The notes: generated from the letters alone by a model not told the origin. DNA of 64,000 bases from Nitrospirota bacterium (GCA_963754875.1 CAVWHO010000010.1:160001-224000); one strand, 5' to 3'; counted from the first letter of the stretch, positions 32,915-43,880 are shown. Numbers and translations: made by a program.

Positions 32915-34093
32915 CTATTTGGGCGTAACCTGAAGCTCAAGCGCATTGGCGGTTGAGCCGGTCACTTCCACGGTAAAAGAACCGAAATCCTTCAGCACAA
33001 GCTCATCGGAAAGGGTCTGGGCGCTGTTTTTCGAGTCCACGGAGATTTTTGCCACTGTCCCGTTAAAGCTCCGCTCGTGCAGGTCTTTGATTCCCCGTAC
33101 CTGGTTCCTGAGCACGTCTTTGAACTTGACGAACTGGGTCTTATTCAAACCCGAGATGGTGATATTGACCGATCGTGTGCTGCCGGCCTCTTTTGAATAG
33201 ACAGCCAGTATTTTTTCCATCATCTGGTCTGCTGCGGACGAGGCGGCCTTCCTGAGCGCTTCGATCCCGGCAGTTTCCGGCGTGATGTGCACGGCCGCTG
33301 CGTGCGTCGTGACCGCCGCAATGACCTGGCCGGTATCTGTGCGGATCGCTTTTGCTGAAAGGTCCGCCTGTACCGACTTCATGCCTCCGCCGATGTCGCC
33401 GTACAGTTTGGCAAGCGCCTTGCCCGTTATGACAACCTCGGCATCCACCTGGCTTCCCAGAGTTTTTGCCTGAGTGGCGGTCAGGTCCTGTACCTTGTAT
33501 GCAGATGTCACCCGGAATTCTTTCGCGGCCGTTGCATGGTCGATGAATTCAAATCCTTTTTGTGTAAAAACATCGATGAAGGTGTTTTCCACGACACCTA
33601 TGTCGGTTTGCTCCCCCTGATAACCCCACCACCAGGCATACCATTCGTGCCCGATGTTCTGCTCGGCGATCATGACGATCGTCCGTGGTTTGTGCATCTG
33701 GCCGAGCAGGATCCCGATTCCCGAGAGGTCGTCGGTAAGTTGTCCCAGGGAGACCTCGGCGTTAATCGTTACGCGAAGCAGTCCGCTGTCCACGGTCTCG
33801 CCCGCGACGTTATACCGTTTGATGTATCCCTTGGTCTGCGAAAGGATCTTGTCGCTGATGAGCTGGTAGTTTTCCACCTGGGTCTGCGAGTCGATCAGGA
33901 TGCCGATTGCCTGTTCCACTGCCCGTTTCTGAGCATCTTCAATCGCCGCGTCCCGGGCGATATCGCGCGCATTGCCCTGGATGGCTGCCACGCCTTCGGC
34001 AGTGACCATTTTGGAGTCCTGTGCCCAGGTTGAAAAAGCCGAAACTGTCACGAGGAGAAATGCCAAGCTGAATATTCTCAGGGGACGAACCAT
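32915..34093 (-). CDS. Secreted FlgT-N-domain / CsgG-like protein
   Basis: Signal peptide; AEGVA...ARDAAIEDAQKRAVEQAIG.LIDSQT pattern of FlgT N domain. Confidence 0.7.
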   Translation of the reverse strand: MVRPLRIFSLAFLLVTVSAFSTWAQDSKMVTAEGVAAIQGNARDIARDAAIEDAQKRAVEQAIGILIDSQTQVENYQLISDKILSQTKGYIKRYNVAGETVDSGLLRVTINAEVSLGQLTDDLSGIGILLGQMHKPRTIVMIAEQNIGHEWYAWWWGYQGEQTDIGVVENTFIDVFTQKGFEFIDHATAAKEFRVTSAYKVQDLTATQAKTLGSQVDAEVVITGKALAKLYGDIGGGMKSVQADLSAKAIRTDTGQVIAAVTTHAAAVHITPETAGIEALRKAASSAADQMMEKILAVYSKEAGSTRSVNITISGLNKTQFVKFKDVLRNQVRGIKDLHERSFNGTVAKISVDSKNSAQTLSDELVLKDFGSFTVEVTGSTANALELQVTPK

Positions 34094-34131
34094 GTTTCCA
34101 CCTCCGCGAAGAATGTAAGAACGATGGAGAA

Positions 34132-34160
34132 ATAATACCAGAGGTCGCGACGTTGGTCAA
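34132..34160 (-). promoter_or_regulatory. sigma70 promoter for the FlgT-like gene
   Basis: Minus strand TTGACC-17-TATTAT with TG extension; GGAGG SD upstream of ATG 34093. Confidence 0.65.
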
Positions 34161-34389
34161 CCGAGAAACACAGTCGTCGTAAAACCCTCCGGACCGCAAT
34201 GATGAGGGGGGTGACAACGTTACCCTTCTTCAGCGGAGGGAAATGCCGCGCCTACGTTCCCGGTAATACCGGAGCTCCCGCAGTTTGAGAGTTGGTATGA
34301 ACCTCGGGGATAAATTTTCTGGATATTTTGACGGATAGATGATAGAATTTAATTCACCATTAAACGAGAACGTGAGGAGGAATAGCTGC

Positions 34390-35101
34390 GTGCCGAAGTT
34401 GTCCGTGAACATTGACCATATCGCAACGATACGACAGGCAAGACAGGGAACAGAACCTGATCCGGTTGCTGCTGCCGTTCTCGCTGAATTGGCTGGTGCA
34501 GAGGGGATCATTGCCCATCTTCGGGAAGACCGCAGGCATGTGCAGGACCGCGACCTGCGCCTGCTGCGCAAGATTGTTCAGACCAAATTGAACATGGAGA
34601 TGGCCGCGACCGAAGAGATGCAGCGGATAGCCCTCGAAGTCAAGCCGGATTTTTCCACGCTGGTGCCGGAAAAACGTGAAGAACTGACGACCGAAGGAGG
34701 TCTTGAGGTCGCGTTGCGCATCGATTTTCTGAAATCCTACGTTGCACGGCTGCAGCAGGGAGGGATCATCGTCAGCCTCTTCGTCGACCCCGATGAAAAG
34801 CAGATCGCAGCCTCCAAAAAAACCGGCGCCGACTGGGTGGAACTGCATACGGGGACCTACGCGAACGCGAAGACCGAGAAAGACCGTCATCGCGAGTTCG
34901 TCAAAATCGACCGAGGCCGCAAAACTGGCAGCAAGTCTGGGGCTTCGCGTCGGGGCGGGACATGGACTGAATTACGTGAACGTCGGGAACATAGCGCCGC
35001 ATTCCGGAGGTGTCGGAGTTGAACATCGGTCACAGCATCATCTCACGGGCGGCGCTCGTGGGTATGGACCGTGCGGTCAGGGAAATGAATCGATTGGTTA
35101 A
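34390..35101 (+). CDS. pdxJ: Pyridoxine 5'-phosphate synthase (frameshifts near 34910 and 35000)
   Basis: [41 protein letters not shown]. Confidence 0.93.
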
Positions 35102-35148
35102 GGCATAGGATTGTATTCTTATTCGTGGTGAACCGGGCGGGGAAAGGC

Positions 35149-35553
35149 ATGATCGTTGGTATCGGTGTTGATCTGGTCAAGATCGATCGGATCGACAAGG
35201 CGGGAAAAAACCATGAAGGATTTTTGGAACGTTTGTTCACGGACCGTGAACGCGAATACTGCTCTCGCCAAAAATTCCCAGCGCAGCATTACGCTGCCAG
35301 GTTCGCCGCAAAAGAGGCCGTGCTCAAGGCCATCGGAACCGGCTGGAGCGCCGGCGTCAAATGGACGGACATGGAAGTGCTCCACGGCGAAGGAGGGGGG
35401 CCGATCGTGAACCTCACCGGCAGGGTCAAGGACCTCATCGACCTTAAAGGAGTCAAACAGATTTTTCTCAGTTATTCCCACGACGATGGATACGCTGTAG
35501 CACAGGTGGTACTCGAAGGAAAACCGCTGATGAGCGGCGCAGACAGTGTTTAG
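35149..35553 (+). CDS. acpS: Holo-ACP synthase
   Basis: GIGVDLV, RFAAKEA, SH. Confidence 0.93.
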   Translation: MIVGIGVDLVKIDRIDKAGKNHEGFLERLFTDREREYCSRQKFPAQHYAARFAAKEAVLKAIGTGWSAGVKWTDMEVLHGEGGGPIVNLTGRVKDLIDLKGVKQIFLSYSHDDGYAVAQVVLEGKPLMSGADSV

Positions 35554-35570
35554 GCCGGCCCGGTAATGCC

Positions 35571-37118
35571 ATGAAAATTGCTACTGTTCAACAAATAAGA
35601 AATATCGACCGCAGGGCGATCAGGGAATTCGAAATTCCCGGTCCGGTCCTGATGGAGAATGCCGCGTCCTCCGTCCTGGCGGAAATGGAAAAATTCTTTG
35701 ACGGACTGGCCGGCGTGCGGGTCGGCATTATCTGCGGCAAGGGAAACAACGGCGGCGACGGGTTCGCTCTTGCGAGAAGGCTCAGGATACGCGGAGTACC
35801 GGTGCGCGTGGCGTTGCTTGCATCGTTCACTGCCGTATCCGGTGAGGCAAAAGTCAACCTCTCCATCCTTCGCAGGATGGATGTGGAAATCACTCAAAAT
35901 GCTTCTGCCCGTTTTGTCGCCGAGGTTTCCACGTGGTCGGATGTCATTGTCGACGCCCTGCTGGGAGTGGGATTGTCGTCGCCGCTCAAAGGCCTCTATG
36001 CGCAGGCCGTGGATACGATCAACGCGTCGGGCAGGCCGGTCGTTGCAATAGATGTCCCGACCGGCATCGATGCAGACACCGGTGCTGTCATGGGAACGGC
36101 GGTCAATGCCGATCTGACCGTGACCATGGCGCTTCTGAAACGTGGACTCGTGCTTTTCCCCGGCGCCCGCCATGCGGGAACGGTGAGGATTGCTGATATC
36201 GGAATTCCTTCAGAAGTCATCGAGAAAGAAAAGATCAACGTAGGCTTGCTGAATAAAGGCGCGCTCCTGGGAATGCTGGGACAGAGAAACCGGGACGCAC
36301 ATAAAGGCGACTTCGGACATCTTCTGGTTGTTGCAGGATCGCCGGGCAAGGCCGGTGCTGCAGCCATGACTGCCAAAAGCGCTCTCCGGACAGGAACAGG
36401 GCTCGTGAGTGTGGGAACGCCGAACGGCCTGGTCCCGATCATCCAGCAGCAGGTGTTTGAATCCATGTGCATTCCTTCGGCGGAGAGCATCGACGGCACG
36501 ATCGGACTCGGGGCTGAAAACGAACTGCTCAAGGTCGCAGCAAAGATGAGCGCATGCGCGATCGGGCCCGGTCTCTCGACACACTATGAAACAGTCCAGA
36601 TGGTGAGGAGCTTTCTGCAGCAAATAACGATCCCCGTTGTTATCGATGCCGATGGTTTGAATGCACTGGCCGGATCTCTTGAGGTGCTCAGGAAGACCAG
36701 GGGGCCGGTCATTATGACGCCTCACCCCGGCGAGATGGCCAGACTGTCGGGCATATCAATATCGGATGTCCAGAAGGACAGGATCGGCATTGCCACGGTT
36801 TTTGCTGCGAAGTACAAGGTAACGCTGGCGCTCAAGGGCGCAGGCACGGTGATCGCGACTCCTGACGGCTTGGTATACATCAATACGACGGGAAACCCCG
36901 GGATGGCCACAGGCGGCACCGGTGACGCGCTTACGGGAATGATCGGCAGCCTCCTTGCCCAGGGGCATGCTTCTCTGCAGGCTGTGTGTCTCGGCGTGTA
37001 TCTTCATGGCCTTGCAGGAGATCTTGCAGCAAAGGAAAAGGGCGAAGCAGGAATGATCGCCGGTGACTTAATCGAAAAGATCCCACAGGCTCTGCGAGAA
37101 ACGATCGAATCATCATAG
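35571..37118 (+). CDS. nnr: Bifunctional NAD(P)H-hydrate epimerase/dehydratase
   Basis: GKGNNGGDG, HKGDFG, IDADGLN, TPHPGE, ATGGTGD. Confidence 0.95.
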   Translation: MKIATVQQIRNIDRRAIREFEIPGPVLMENAASSVLAEMEKFFDGLAGVRVGIICGKGNNGGDGFALARRLRIRGVPVRVALLASFTAVSGEAKVNLSILRRMDVEITQNASARFVAEVSTWSDVIVDALLGVGLSSPLKGLYAQAVDTINASGRPVVAIDVPTGIDADTGAVMGTAVNADLTVTMALLKRGLVLFPGARHAGTVRIADIGIPSEVIEKEKINVGLLNKGALLGMLGQRNRDAHKGDFGHLLVVAGSPGKAGAAAMTAKSALRTGTGLVSVGTPNGLVPIIQQQVFESMCIPSAESIDGTIGLGAENELLKVAAKMSACAIGPGLSTHYETVQMVRSFLQQITIPVVIDADGLNALAGSLEVLRKTRGPVIMTPHPGEMARLSGISISDVQKDRIGIATVFAAKYKVTLALKGAGTVIATPDGLVYINTTGNPGMATGGTGDALTGMIGSLLAQGHASLQAVCLGVYLHGLAGDLAAKEKGEAGMIAGDLIEKIPQALRETIESS

Positions 37119-37205
37119 ATATAGACGCTTCTATCAACGTTCTGAAATTCCGTGGCGTTTACCGTGAACATCGGTAGTTAAATTTAATTTATTTGAGAGG
37201 TCCTT

Positions 37206-37664
37206 ATGTTGACCGCGAAAGACATCATGACAAAAAAGGTAATAACCGTTACACCCGACACTACGTTGAAGACGCTCGCCTCCTTACTAGTCAAGAACGA
37301 AATAAGCGGCGTACCTGTCGTCGATGATTCAGGAATGCTTTACGGCATCGTTACCGAGAACGACCTCATCTCGCAGAATAAACGGCTTCATATTCCCACG
37401 GTCGTGAGTTTTCTTGATGCAGCCATCTATCTCGAAAGCTCAAAGAAGTTCGAAGAGCAGGTGAAGCGGTTAACGGCAACAACAGTCAAAGAGATCTGCA
37501 TTCGCAAGGTCACAACGATATCTGAAGATGTATCAGTCGTGGATATCGCCACGATCATGGCCGAGAAGAAAGTTCATCTGCTTCCGGTGGTCAAAGCCGG
37601 CAAAGTCATCGGCATCGTGGGGAAACGCGATATGGTCAAGGCAGTAGCACGACAGGCCGAATAG
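37206..37664 (+). CDS. CBS domain protein
   Basis: Two CBS repeats (AKDIMT..., LPVV...GIV). Confidence 0.9.
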   Translation: MLTAKDIMTKKVITVTPDTTLKTLASLLVKNEISGVPVVDDSGMLYGIVTENDLISQNKRLHIPTVVSFLDAAIYLESSKKFEEQVKRLTATTVKEICIRKVTTISEDVSVVDIATIMAEKKVHLLPVVKAGKVIGIVGKRDMVKAVARQAE

Positions 37665-38164
37665 TGTTCAGCGTCATCACCACAAACCAGGAACAAACCT
37701 GGAAGATCGGGGAAATGCTGGGCGCACGTCTCGCTGCCGGCGACACCGTCTGCCTCTATGGAGACCTGGGAGCGGGTAAAACGAGCTTTTCTTACGGTAT
37801 CGCACAGGGACTCGAAGTGGAAGAGCAATACATCACCAGCCCGACGTTCACCTTCGTGAATGAATACCAGGGCAGGGTCCCGTTTTACCACATTGATCTT
37901 TACCGCCTGTCGGATCCCGACGAGCTGCACAACATCGGTTTCGAAGAGTATCTTGATTCCGACGGGGTAACGGTGATCGAGTGGGCTGAGCGGGCAGAGG
38001 ACGAACTCCCGGCAGAATGCTTAAGCGTCTATCTTTCTTATGTGAATGATCACAGCCGGGAGATAGGCTTCTTGGCGGAAGGCGAGCGGTACCAGAAACT
38101 ACTGGATGCTTTGAGCAAAGAACTGAAGACAGATAAGCCTGATTCCGTGAAACTCAATAGATAA
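37664..38164 (+). CDS. tsaE: t6A37 biosynthesis ATPase
   Basis: GDLGAGKT, SPTF, HIDLYRL, IEW. Confidence 0.95.
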   Translation: MFSVITTNQEQTWKIGEMLGARLAAGDTVCLYGDLGAGKTSFSYGIAQGLEVEEQYITSPTFTFVNEYQGRVPFYHIDLYRLSDPDELHNIGFEEYLDSDGVTVIEWAERAEDELPAECLSVYLSYVNDHSREIGFLAEGERYQKLLDALSKELKTDKPDSVKLNR

Positions 38165-38232
38165 GGGAGATATTTTACCCGGGTCTGGGACCGAGTTCGG
38201 TCAGCATTAAATAATTCCGGTGAATGTGCGAA

Positions 38233-39084
38233 ATGAAAAAGATCGGCATCATAGCAAAGGACATCCCGGCGGCCTTGAAGGCCGCGAAGAAGTTAACAGT
38301 TTGGCTTGAATCGCGGGGCAAAAAAGTTTATATCGACAACGAGACCGCCGCGTCTTTAAAAAAGCATGGACATGACCGTGCCGAGCTACCTTCGCTTGTC
38401 GAAATGCTGATCGTGCTCGGCGGTGACGGTACGCTTTTGTCCGCGGCACGGCATGTAGCAGACGCCCATACGAACGTGCCCATATTCGGAGTGAACCTGG
38501 GGAGCCTCGGTTTCATGGCAGAAGTATCTCATGAAGAACTTTACGACAATCTCGAAAAAGCCATGGCCGGAAAGCTCGAAACAGAGGAACGGATGATGCT
38601 CGCCACAACCGTCATCCGGGACGGGAAACGCATAGCGCGATACCGGGTGCTGAACGATGCTGTAATCAACAAAGGCGCTCTTGCGCGAATGATGCAGCTG
38701 AAAATTACGGTAAGCGACGGATACCTGACCACGCTCAGGGCAGACGGTCTTATCGTAGCAACCCCGACCGGGTCTACTGCGTATTCGCTTTCCGCAGGCG
38801 GGCCCATCATCCATCCGATGATCCACTGTTTCGTCGTAACGCCTATTTGTCCCCATACGCTCTCGAACCGGCCTATTGCCTTGCCCGATACCGTCGTTGT
38901 CAGCGTATGCCTTACTTCCCAGAGCGAAGACGTATCCCTCACCTTGGACGGCCAGATCAGCTTTCCGCTCAAGATGAATGATGTCGTGGAGATCAGGCGG
39001 TCCCGGTTCAAGATGAGACTTATTAAACATCCCGCAAAAAGTTATTACGAAATCCTCAGGACAAAGCTTAAGTGGGGGAATTGA
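38233..39084 (+). CDS. nadK: NAD kinase
   Basis: GGDGT, LND, TPTGSTAYSLSAGGP. Confidence 0.95.
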   Translation: MKKIGIIAKDIPAALKAAKKLTVWLESRGKKVYIDNETAASLKKHGHDRAELPSLVEMLIVLGGDGTLLSAARHVADAHTNVPIFGVNLGSLGFMAEVSHEELYDNLEKAMAGKLETEERMMLATTVIRDGKRIARYRVLNDAVINKGALARMMQLKITVSDGYLTTLRADGLIVATPTGSTAYSLSAGGPIIHPMIHCFVVTPICPHTLSNRPIALPDTVVVSVCLTSQSEDVSLTLDGQISFPLKMNDVVEIRRSRFKMRLIKHPAKSYYEILRTKLKWGN

Positions 39085-39121
39085 TTTCAGGTTCGTAGTG
39101 CGAAGATTGGGTGTGGATCTC

Positions 39122-39923
39122 ATGGATGAAAATCAGCAGGAGCTTCTGGAAATTGTTACGCAGGTCAGGGGGCATCTTGAATATCAGAAAGCTCTTGGCG
39201 TGAAAGCGATCGCAGTACCTTCACTAAAAGTAGACCATAAAATCAGACAGCGCAGCGAAGAACGATGTAATTCCACCTCTGTCACGGTTTGCCGGGGCAG
39301 GAGGTTCAGTAAAACAAGTCCCTTCGTTCGAGACGGGAGGCGAAGGGAAAATCGTAAAGGTTCAACCGTCCCTTGCCTCGATACGCGCGGAACTGGGAGA
39401 TTGTACCCGGTGCAAGCTTTATAAGTGCAGAAAAACCATCGTCTTTGGCGAGGGCAACGAGGGGGCCGACCTCGTTTTCGTAGGAGAAGGTCCTGGCTAC
39501 GAAGAAGACCAGCAGGGAAGGCCTTTTGTCGGGGAAGCCGGACAGTTATTGACCGACATCATCATCAAGGGGATGAAGCTCAAGCGGGAAGATGTGTATA
39601 TCTGCAACGTTGTAAAATGTCGACCACCGGACAATCGTACGCCGGAGCCGGACGAAATATCTTCCTGCGAAACGTTTCTCCGAGAGCAAATCCAGGCGAT
39701 CAAACCAAAGGTGATCGTTACGTTGGGGAACGTCCCTACCCATACACTTCTTAAAACAAAGGACGGGATCACGAAGCTTCGCGGCAAGTGGCGGTCCTTC
39801 GAGGGAATACCGCTCATGCCGACTTTTCACCCCGCTTATCTCCTCAGGAATCCGAAGGACAAAGGACTCGTCTGGGAAGACATTCAGAAGGTCATGACGA
39901 AGCTGGGTATGAACGTGAGGTAG
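39122..39923 (+). CDS. Family 4 uracil-DNA glycosylase (frameshifted in the N-terminal linker)
   Basis: CTRCKL, VFGEG, GEGPG, PFVG, KCRPP.NR.P, FHPAYLLR. Confidence 0.9.
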
Positions 39924-39949
39924 GAGTCAGGAGCCGGAAGTCAGGAGTC
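39922..39949 (+). repeat. Four tandem heptamers (AGGAGTC-like), left arm of the four-helix-bundle cassette
   Basis: AGGAGTC AGGAGCC GGAAGTC AGGAGTC. Confidence 0.85.
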
Positions 39950-39983
39950 AGGAACAGACAAAAGAATGAAAAGCTGGAGGGGC

Positions 39984-40352
39984 ATGAAGAGAACGCCCGC
40001 AAAGTGTTTTGAAGACCTGATTGTCTGGCAGAAGGCACACCAGTTTGTCTTGTCTGTTTACCGCATCAGTAACGAACTCCCACGCGATGAGATTTACGGT
40101 TTGACCTCGCAGCTCAGGCGTGCTGCAGTCTCTATTCCGGCCAACATAGCAGAAGGTTTAAAAAAAAGGAGCAAAGCGGATAAGGCGAGATTTATGAATA
40201 TTTCTCAAGGCTCCCTTGAAGAATGTCGCTACTATTTGATTTTGATTAAAGACTTGCAATATGGTGATAGTTCCGAACTTTTGACCCGACTTGAAGAAGT
40301 AAGTAAAATATTGGACGCGTACACTTCTTCCATTCTGAATCCTGGCTCCTGA
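39984..40352 (+). CDS. Four-helix-bundle protein (23S rRNA IVP / bAvd-like family)
   Basis: FEDLIVWQKA, E.YGLTSQLRRAAVSIPANIAEG, GSLEE. Confidence 0.92.
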   Translation: MKRTPAKCFEDLIVWQKAHQFVLSVYRISNELPRDEIYGLTSQLRRAAVSIPANIAEGLKKRSKADKARFMNISQGSLEECRYYLILIKDLQYGDSSELLTRLEEVSKILDAYTSSILNPGS

Positions 40353-40359
40353 CCCCTGC
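40333..40359 (-). repeat. Inverted heptamer array, right arm of the cassette (overlaps the stop codon)
   Basis: TTCTGAA TCCTGGC TCCTGAC CCCTG = reverse complement of the left-arm unit. Confidence 0.8.
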
Positions 40360-40368
40360 ACATAAACT

Positions 40369-43049
40369 ATGTCCGACCTAACACCCCTCATGAAACAGTA
40401 CCGCGAGATCAAGCGCCAGCACCTCGATGCGATCCTGCTCTTTCGCATGGGTGACTTCTACGAGATGTTCGATCAGGACGCGGTGACAGCCTCGAAGGTG
40501 CTCGAAATCACGCTTACGGCACGGAACAAGTCCAAAGGCATCGAGACGCCGCTCTGCGGTTTCCCCTATCACGCGGCGGAAGGCTACATTGCGAAGCTCA
40601 TCCGCCGCGGGTTCAAGGTCGCCGTGTGCGAACAGGTCGAGGACCCCAAGCTCGCGAAGGGGATCGTAAAACGTGAGGTCATCCGCGTGGTCACACCGGG
40701 AACGGTGCTGGACTCGAACCTGCTCGACGCAAAGGACAACAACTACCTGGCGGCTCTCTATCCGGCGAAAGAAGGTTTCGGCCTGTCCTTTCTCGATATA
40801 TCAACCGGCGACTTTTCTCTCGCCGAAGTTCAGGGCGCTCATAATTTCGCTGAACTGGATACCATGCTGGCACGGTTCACACCGCGTGAGATTGTCATGC
40901 CGAGAGGATATCAATTGTCACGACGGCCTCTCAACAGTACTTCGCCAATATACGCAGGCGATCAACGCCTATGATGACTGGAATTTTGACCGGCAAACGG
41001 CAATGCGCGCCCTGCTCGACCATTTCAAGACAGCATCTCTTGAAGGTTTCGGCTGCAACGGCATGAAGACCGGCATTTCGGCGGCCGGTGCAGCGCTTCG
41101 GTACATCGAAGAAACGCAGAAGACGGCCCTCACGAACATTCGCACGATCCGCCCGTTCCTGGTCCGCGAATACATGGTCCTCGACGCTCCCTGCCAGCGC
41201 AATCTGGAATTGGCAAAAAATATCTACGACGGGTCGAACCGGGGAACGCTTCTTGCTGTTCTGGATTTCACCGTCACTTCCATGGGAGGCAGAAAACTGC
41301 GCGAATGGCTTTTGAATCCGCTCATGGACGCACGGGAAATAGAGCGGCGGTTCGATGTCGTCGCTGAATTCAAGGACAGCCATCAGCTCCGTTCAGATCT
41401 CAGGACGTCACTGGGCGCTGTGTACGATCTGGAGCGTCTTATCAGCCGTGTATCCCTGAGTGCGTCGAATGCCCGCGATCTGATCGCTCTCAAACAGTCT
41501 TTTCACGCGTTGCCGGCCATCAAAGAGCTGCTTGCCGGTTGTTCTGCCCGGCTTATCTATGATCTGGCAGAGGGATGGGACGATCTCAGGGATGTATCAC
41601 CAGATGATCGATACGGCAATTTACGACGACCCTCCCTATACGCTCCGTGAAGGTAAACTGATCAAAAAAGGATTTAACGCAGAACTCGACGACCTGCGCT
41701 CCATCAGTTCCGAAGGCAAGGGATGGATCGCGGGAATCGAGCTGCGTGAGCGCGAACGCACGGGCATCGGCTCGCTCAAAGTGAGCTATAACAGGGTCTT
41801 CGGATATTACATCGAAATCACCAAGGCGAACCTGGAGAACGTGCCGCTGGATTATATCCGGAAACAGACGCTCGCGAATGCAGAACGGTTCATCACTCCC
41901 GAACTGAAAGAATACGAGGACAAAGTACTTGGAGCCGAGGAAAAGATCCTCGATATGGAGTACCGGCTCTTTCAACAGGTGCGCGAAACAGTCTCCGGCC
42001 AGACCGTTCGCATCCAGGACATGGCGAGAAGGCTTGCTGTCCTGGATTGCCTCTTATCTCTTGCCGAAGCAGCGGCAAAGAACGCCTATACCCGGCCGAC
42101 GGTCCTCGACGACGATACGCTCCGGATCGTCGATGGAAGGCATCCGGTCATCGAGCAGCTCTTTGCCGAAGAACGCTTCATCCCGAATGACACGGTCCTC
42201 GACTGCGAGGAAAACCAGCTCTTGATCATTACGGGCCCGAACATGGCGGGCAAGTCGACCTACATGCGCCAGGTGGCGGTGATCACGCTCATGGCGCAGA
42301 TGGGAAGCTTCGTCCCTGCCAAGGAAGCGCAGATCGGGCTTGTGGACCGTATTTTTACGCGTGTCGGAGCATCGGATTTCATCACCCGCGGACAAAGCAC
42401 GTTCATGGTCGAGATGAACGAAACTGCGAACATCCTGAACAACGCCACGGACAGGAGCCTCATCATCCTTGATGAGATCGGCAGGGGAACGAGCACCTTT
42501 GACGGGATCAGCATTGCCTGGGCAGTGGCGGAATATATCCATACCAAGCTCAGGGCCCGGACGTTGTTCGCCACACACTACCACGAGCTCACCGAACTTG
42601 CCCTGACCATGGACCGGGTGAAAAACTACACCGTGGCCATCAGGGAGTGGAACGACCAGATCATCTTCCTGCGCAAAGTGATCGAGGGTGGAGCGGACAA
42701 ATCCTACGGTATCCAGGTGGCCCGTCTGGCCGGTTTGCCGCAGGCCGTTATCAACCGTGCCAAGGAAGTGCTTGCGAACCTCGAAAAAGCAGAGTTTAAC
42801 GAGATGGGAGAACCCGTAGCCGGATCGAAAATCGAAACACGGGAGCAGGCGACGGGGAGACGGGGGGATAAAAACAAAAACGCCGAAAAAGCTGGCGGCG
42901 CTGAAGCGATCGAGCCCGAGCTCGGGCTCTTTGCGAGCGAAGCAGGCCTGCTCTTCAAGGAGCTTCAGGACCTGAACCTCGACACCATGACGCCGCTCGA
43001 CGCTATGAACAAATTGCACGAGATTAAGAAGAAAGTGAGCGGCGCCTGA
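40369..43049 (+). CDS. mutS: DNA mismatch repair protein MutS (frameshifts near 40920 and 41600)
   Basis: [51 protein letters not shown]. Confidence 0.95.
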
Positions 43050-43179
43050 CCATACCGGCCGTACAGGAAAAAAGTCTATCAGAGGTTTTTCATGTCAACC
43101 GACCTTTTCATTTTCCCCGTCGAATAAGTCTGAGATTTTGCGGAGCGGGAGACCGCGAGCCTGGATAAACAGTCCGCGC

Positions 43180-43308
43180 AGCCTCGGCGTGACCAGCCTT
43201 TACGAGAGTGATCGCGATATCGACGAAATGATAAAGAGGGCGGATGAAGCTTTATACAAGGCAAAGAATGCTGGTCGGGACCGGGTAGAGGGTAACCCAA
43301 GTCGGTAA
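43180..43308 (+). pseudogene. GGDEF domain C-terminal remnant
   Basis: SLGVTSL...DIDEMIKRADEALYKAKNAGRDRV; no upstream GGDEF motif or start. Confidence 0.75.
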
Positions 43309-43348
43309 GACGGCCAGTTCTTTGCAAAGTGCCTCGCGCACTTCTTTG

Positions 43349-43378
43349 TTGACACTTTGCCCCTGTTTCTGGTAGTAT
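43349..43378 (+). promoter_or_regulatory. sigma70 promoter for rplI
   Basis: TTGACA-18-TAGTAT with TG extension; AAGGAG SD. Confidence 0.55.
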
Positions 43379-43413
43379 CGACAATCATTCACTCGAAAGG
43401 AGCAGTATCGTCA

Positions 43414-43861
43414 ATGCAGGTTATATTACGCGAAGATATCGACAAATTGGGGAAAATAGGCGACCTCGTCAAGGTTGCCGACGGCTATGCACGGAATTTT
43501 CTGGTCCCGAGGAAAAAGGCCATAGAAGCCACGCCAAAAAACCTTCATGCCATGGAGCATGCGAAAAAGATGGTGTCCGACCGCATCCGCAAGATGAAGA
43601 AGGAAGCGGCCGTGGAAGCCGACCGGATCAAGGGCATTGCGGTAACGATCAAAGCCAAGGTCGGTGAAGAAGGGAAAGCTCTTCGGTTCCGTTACGTCCA
43701 TGGACATTGCCGAAGCGGTAAAAGCCCAGGGTGTTGAACTGGACAAACGCAAGATCGTGCTCGACGAACCTATCAAGCGGCTGGGAGAATATACTATTGC
43801 GGTGAAACTGCATGCGGACGTGCAGACAGACCTCAAGGTCACCGTGATCGCCGAAGAGTAA
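43414..43861 (+). CDS. rplI: 50S ribosomal protein L9 (frameshift near 43672)
   Basis: [40 protein letters not shown]. Confidence 0.95.
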
Positions 43862-43880
43862 CCCGCAAAATCCAACCGGA

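Noticed and set aside
34138..34175. Lysine riboswitch suggested by AGAGGTCGCGA
   Set aside because: The downstream AGTA and AAAGG...GCCGAA elements are missing, and the segment is explained as the spacer of the minus-strand promoter.
39984..40352. Diversity-generating retroelement suggested by the bAvd-like protein
   Set aside because: No reverse transcriptase and no TR/VR pair differing at adenines was seen in the window.
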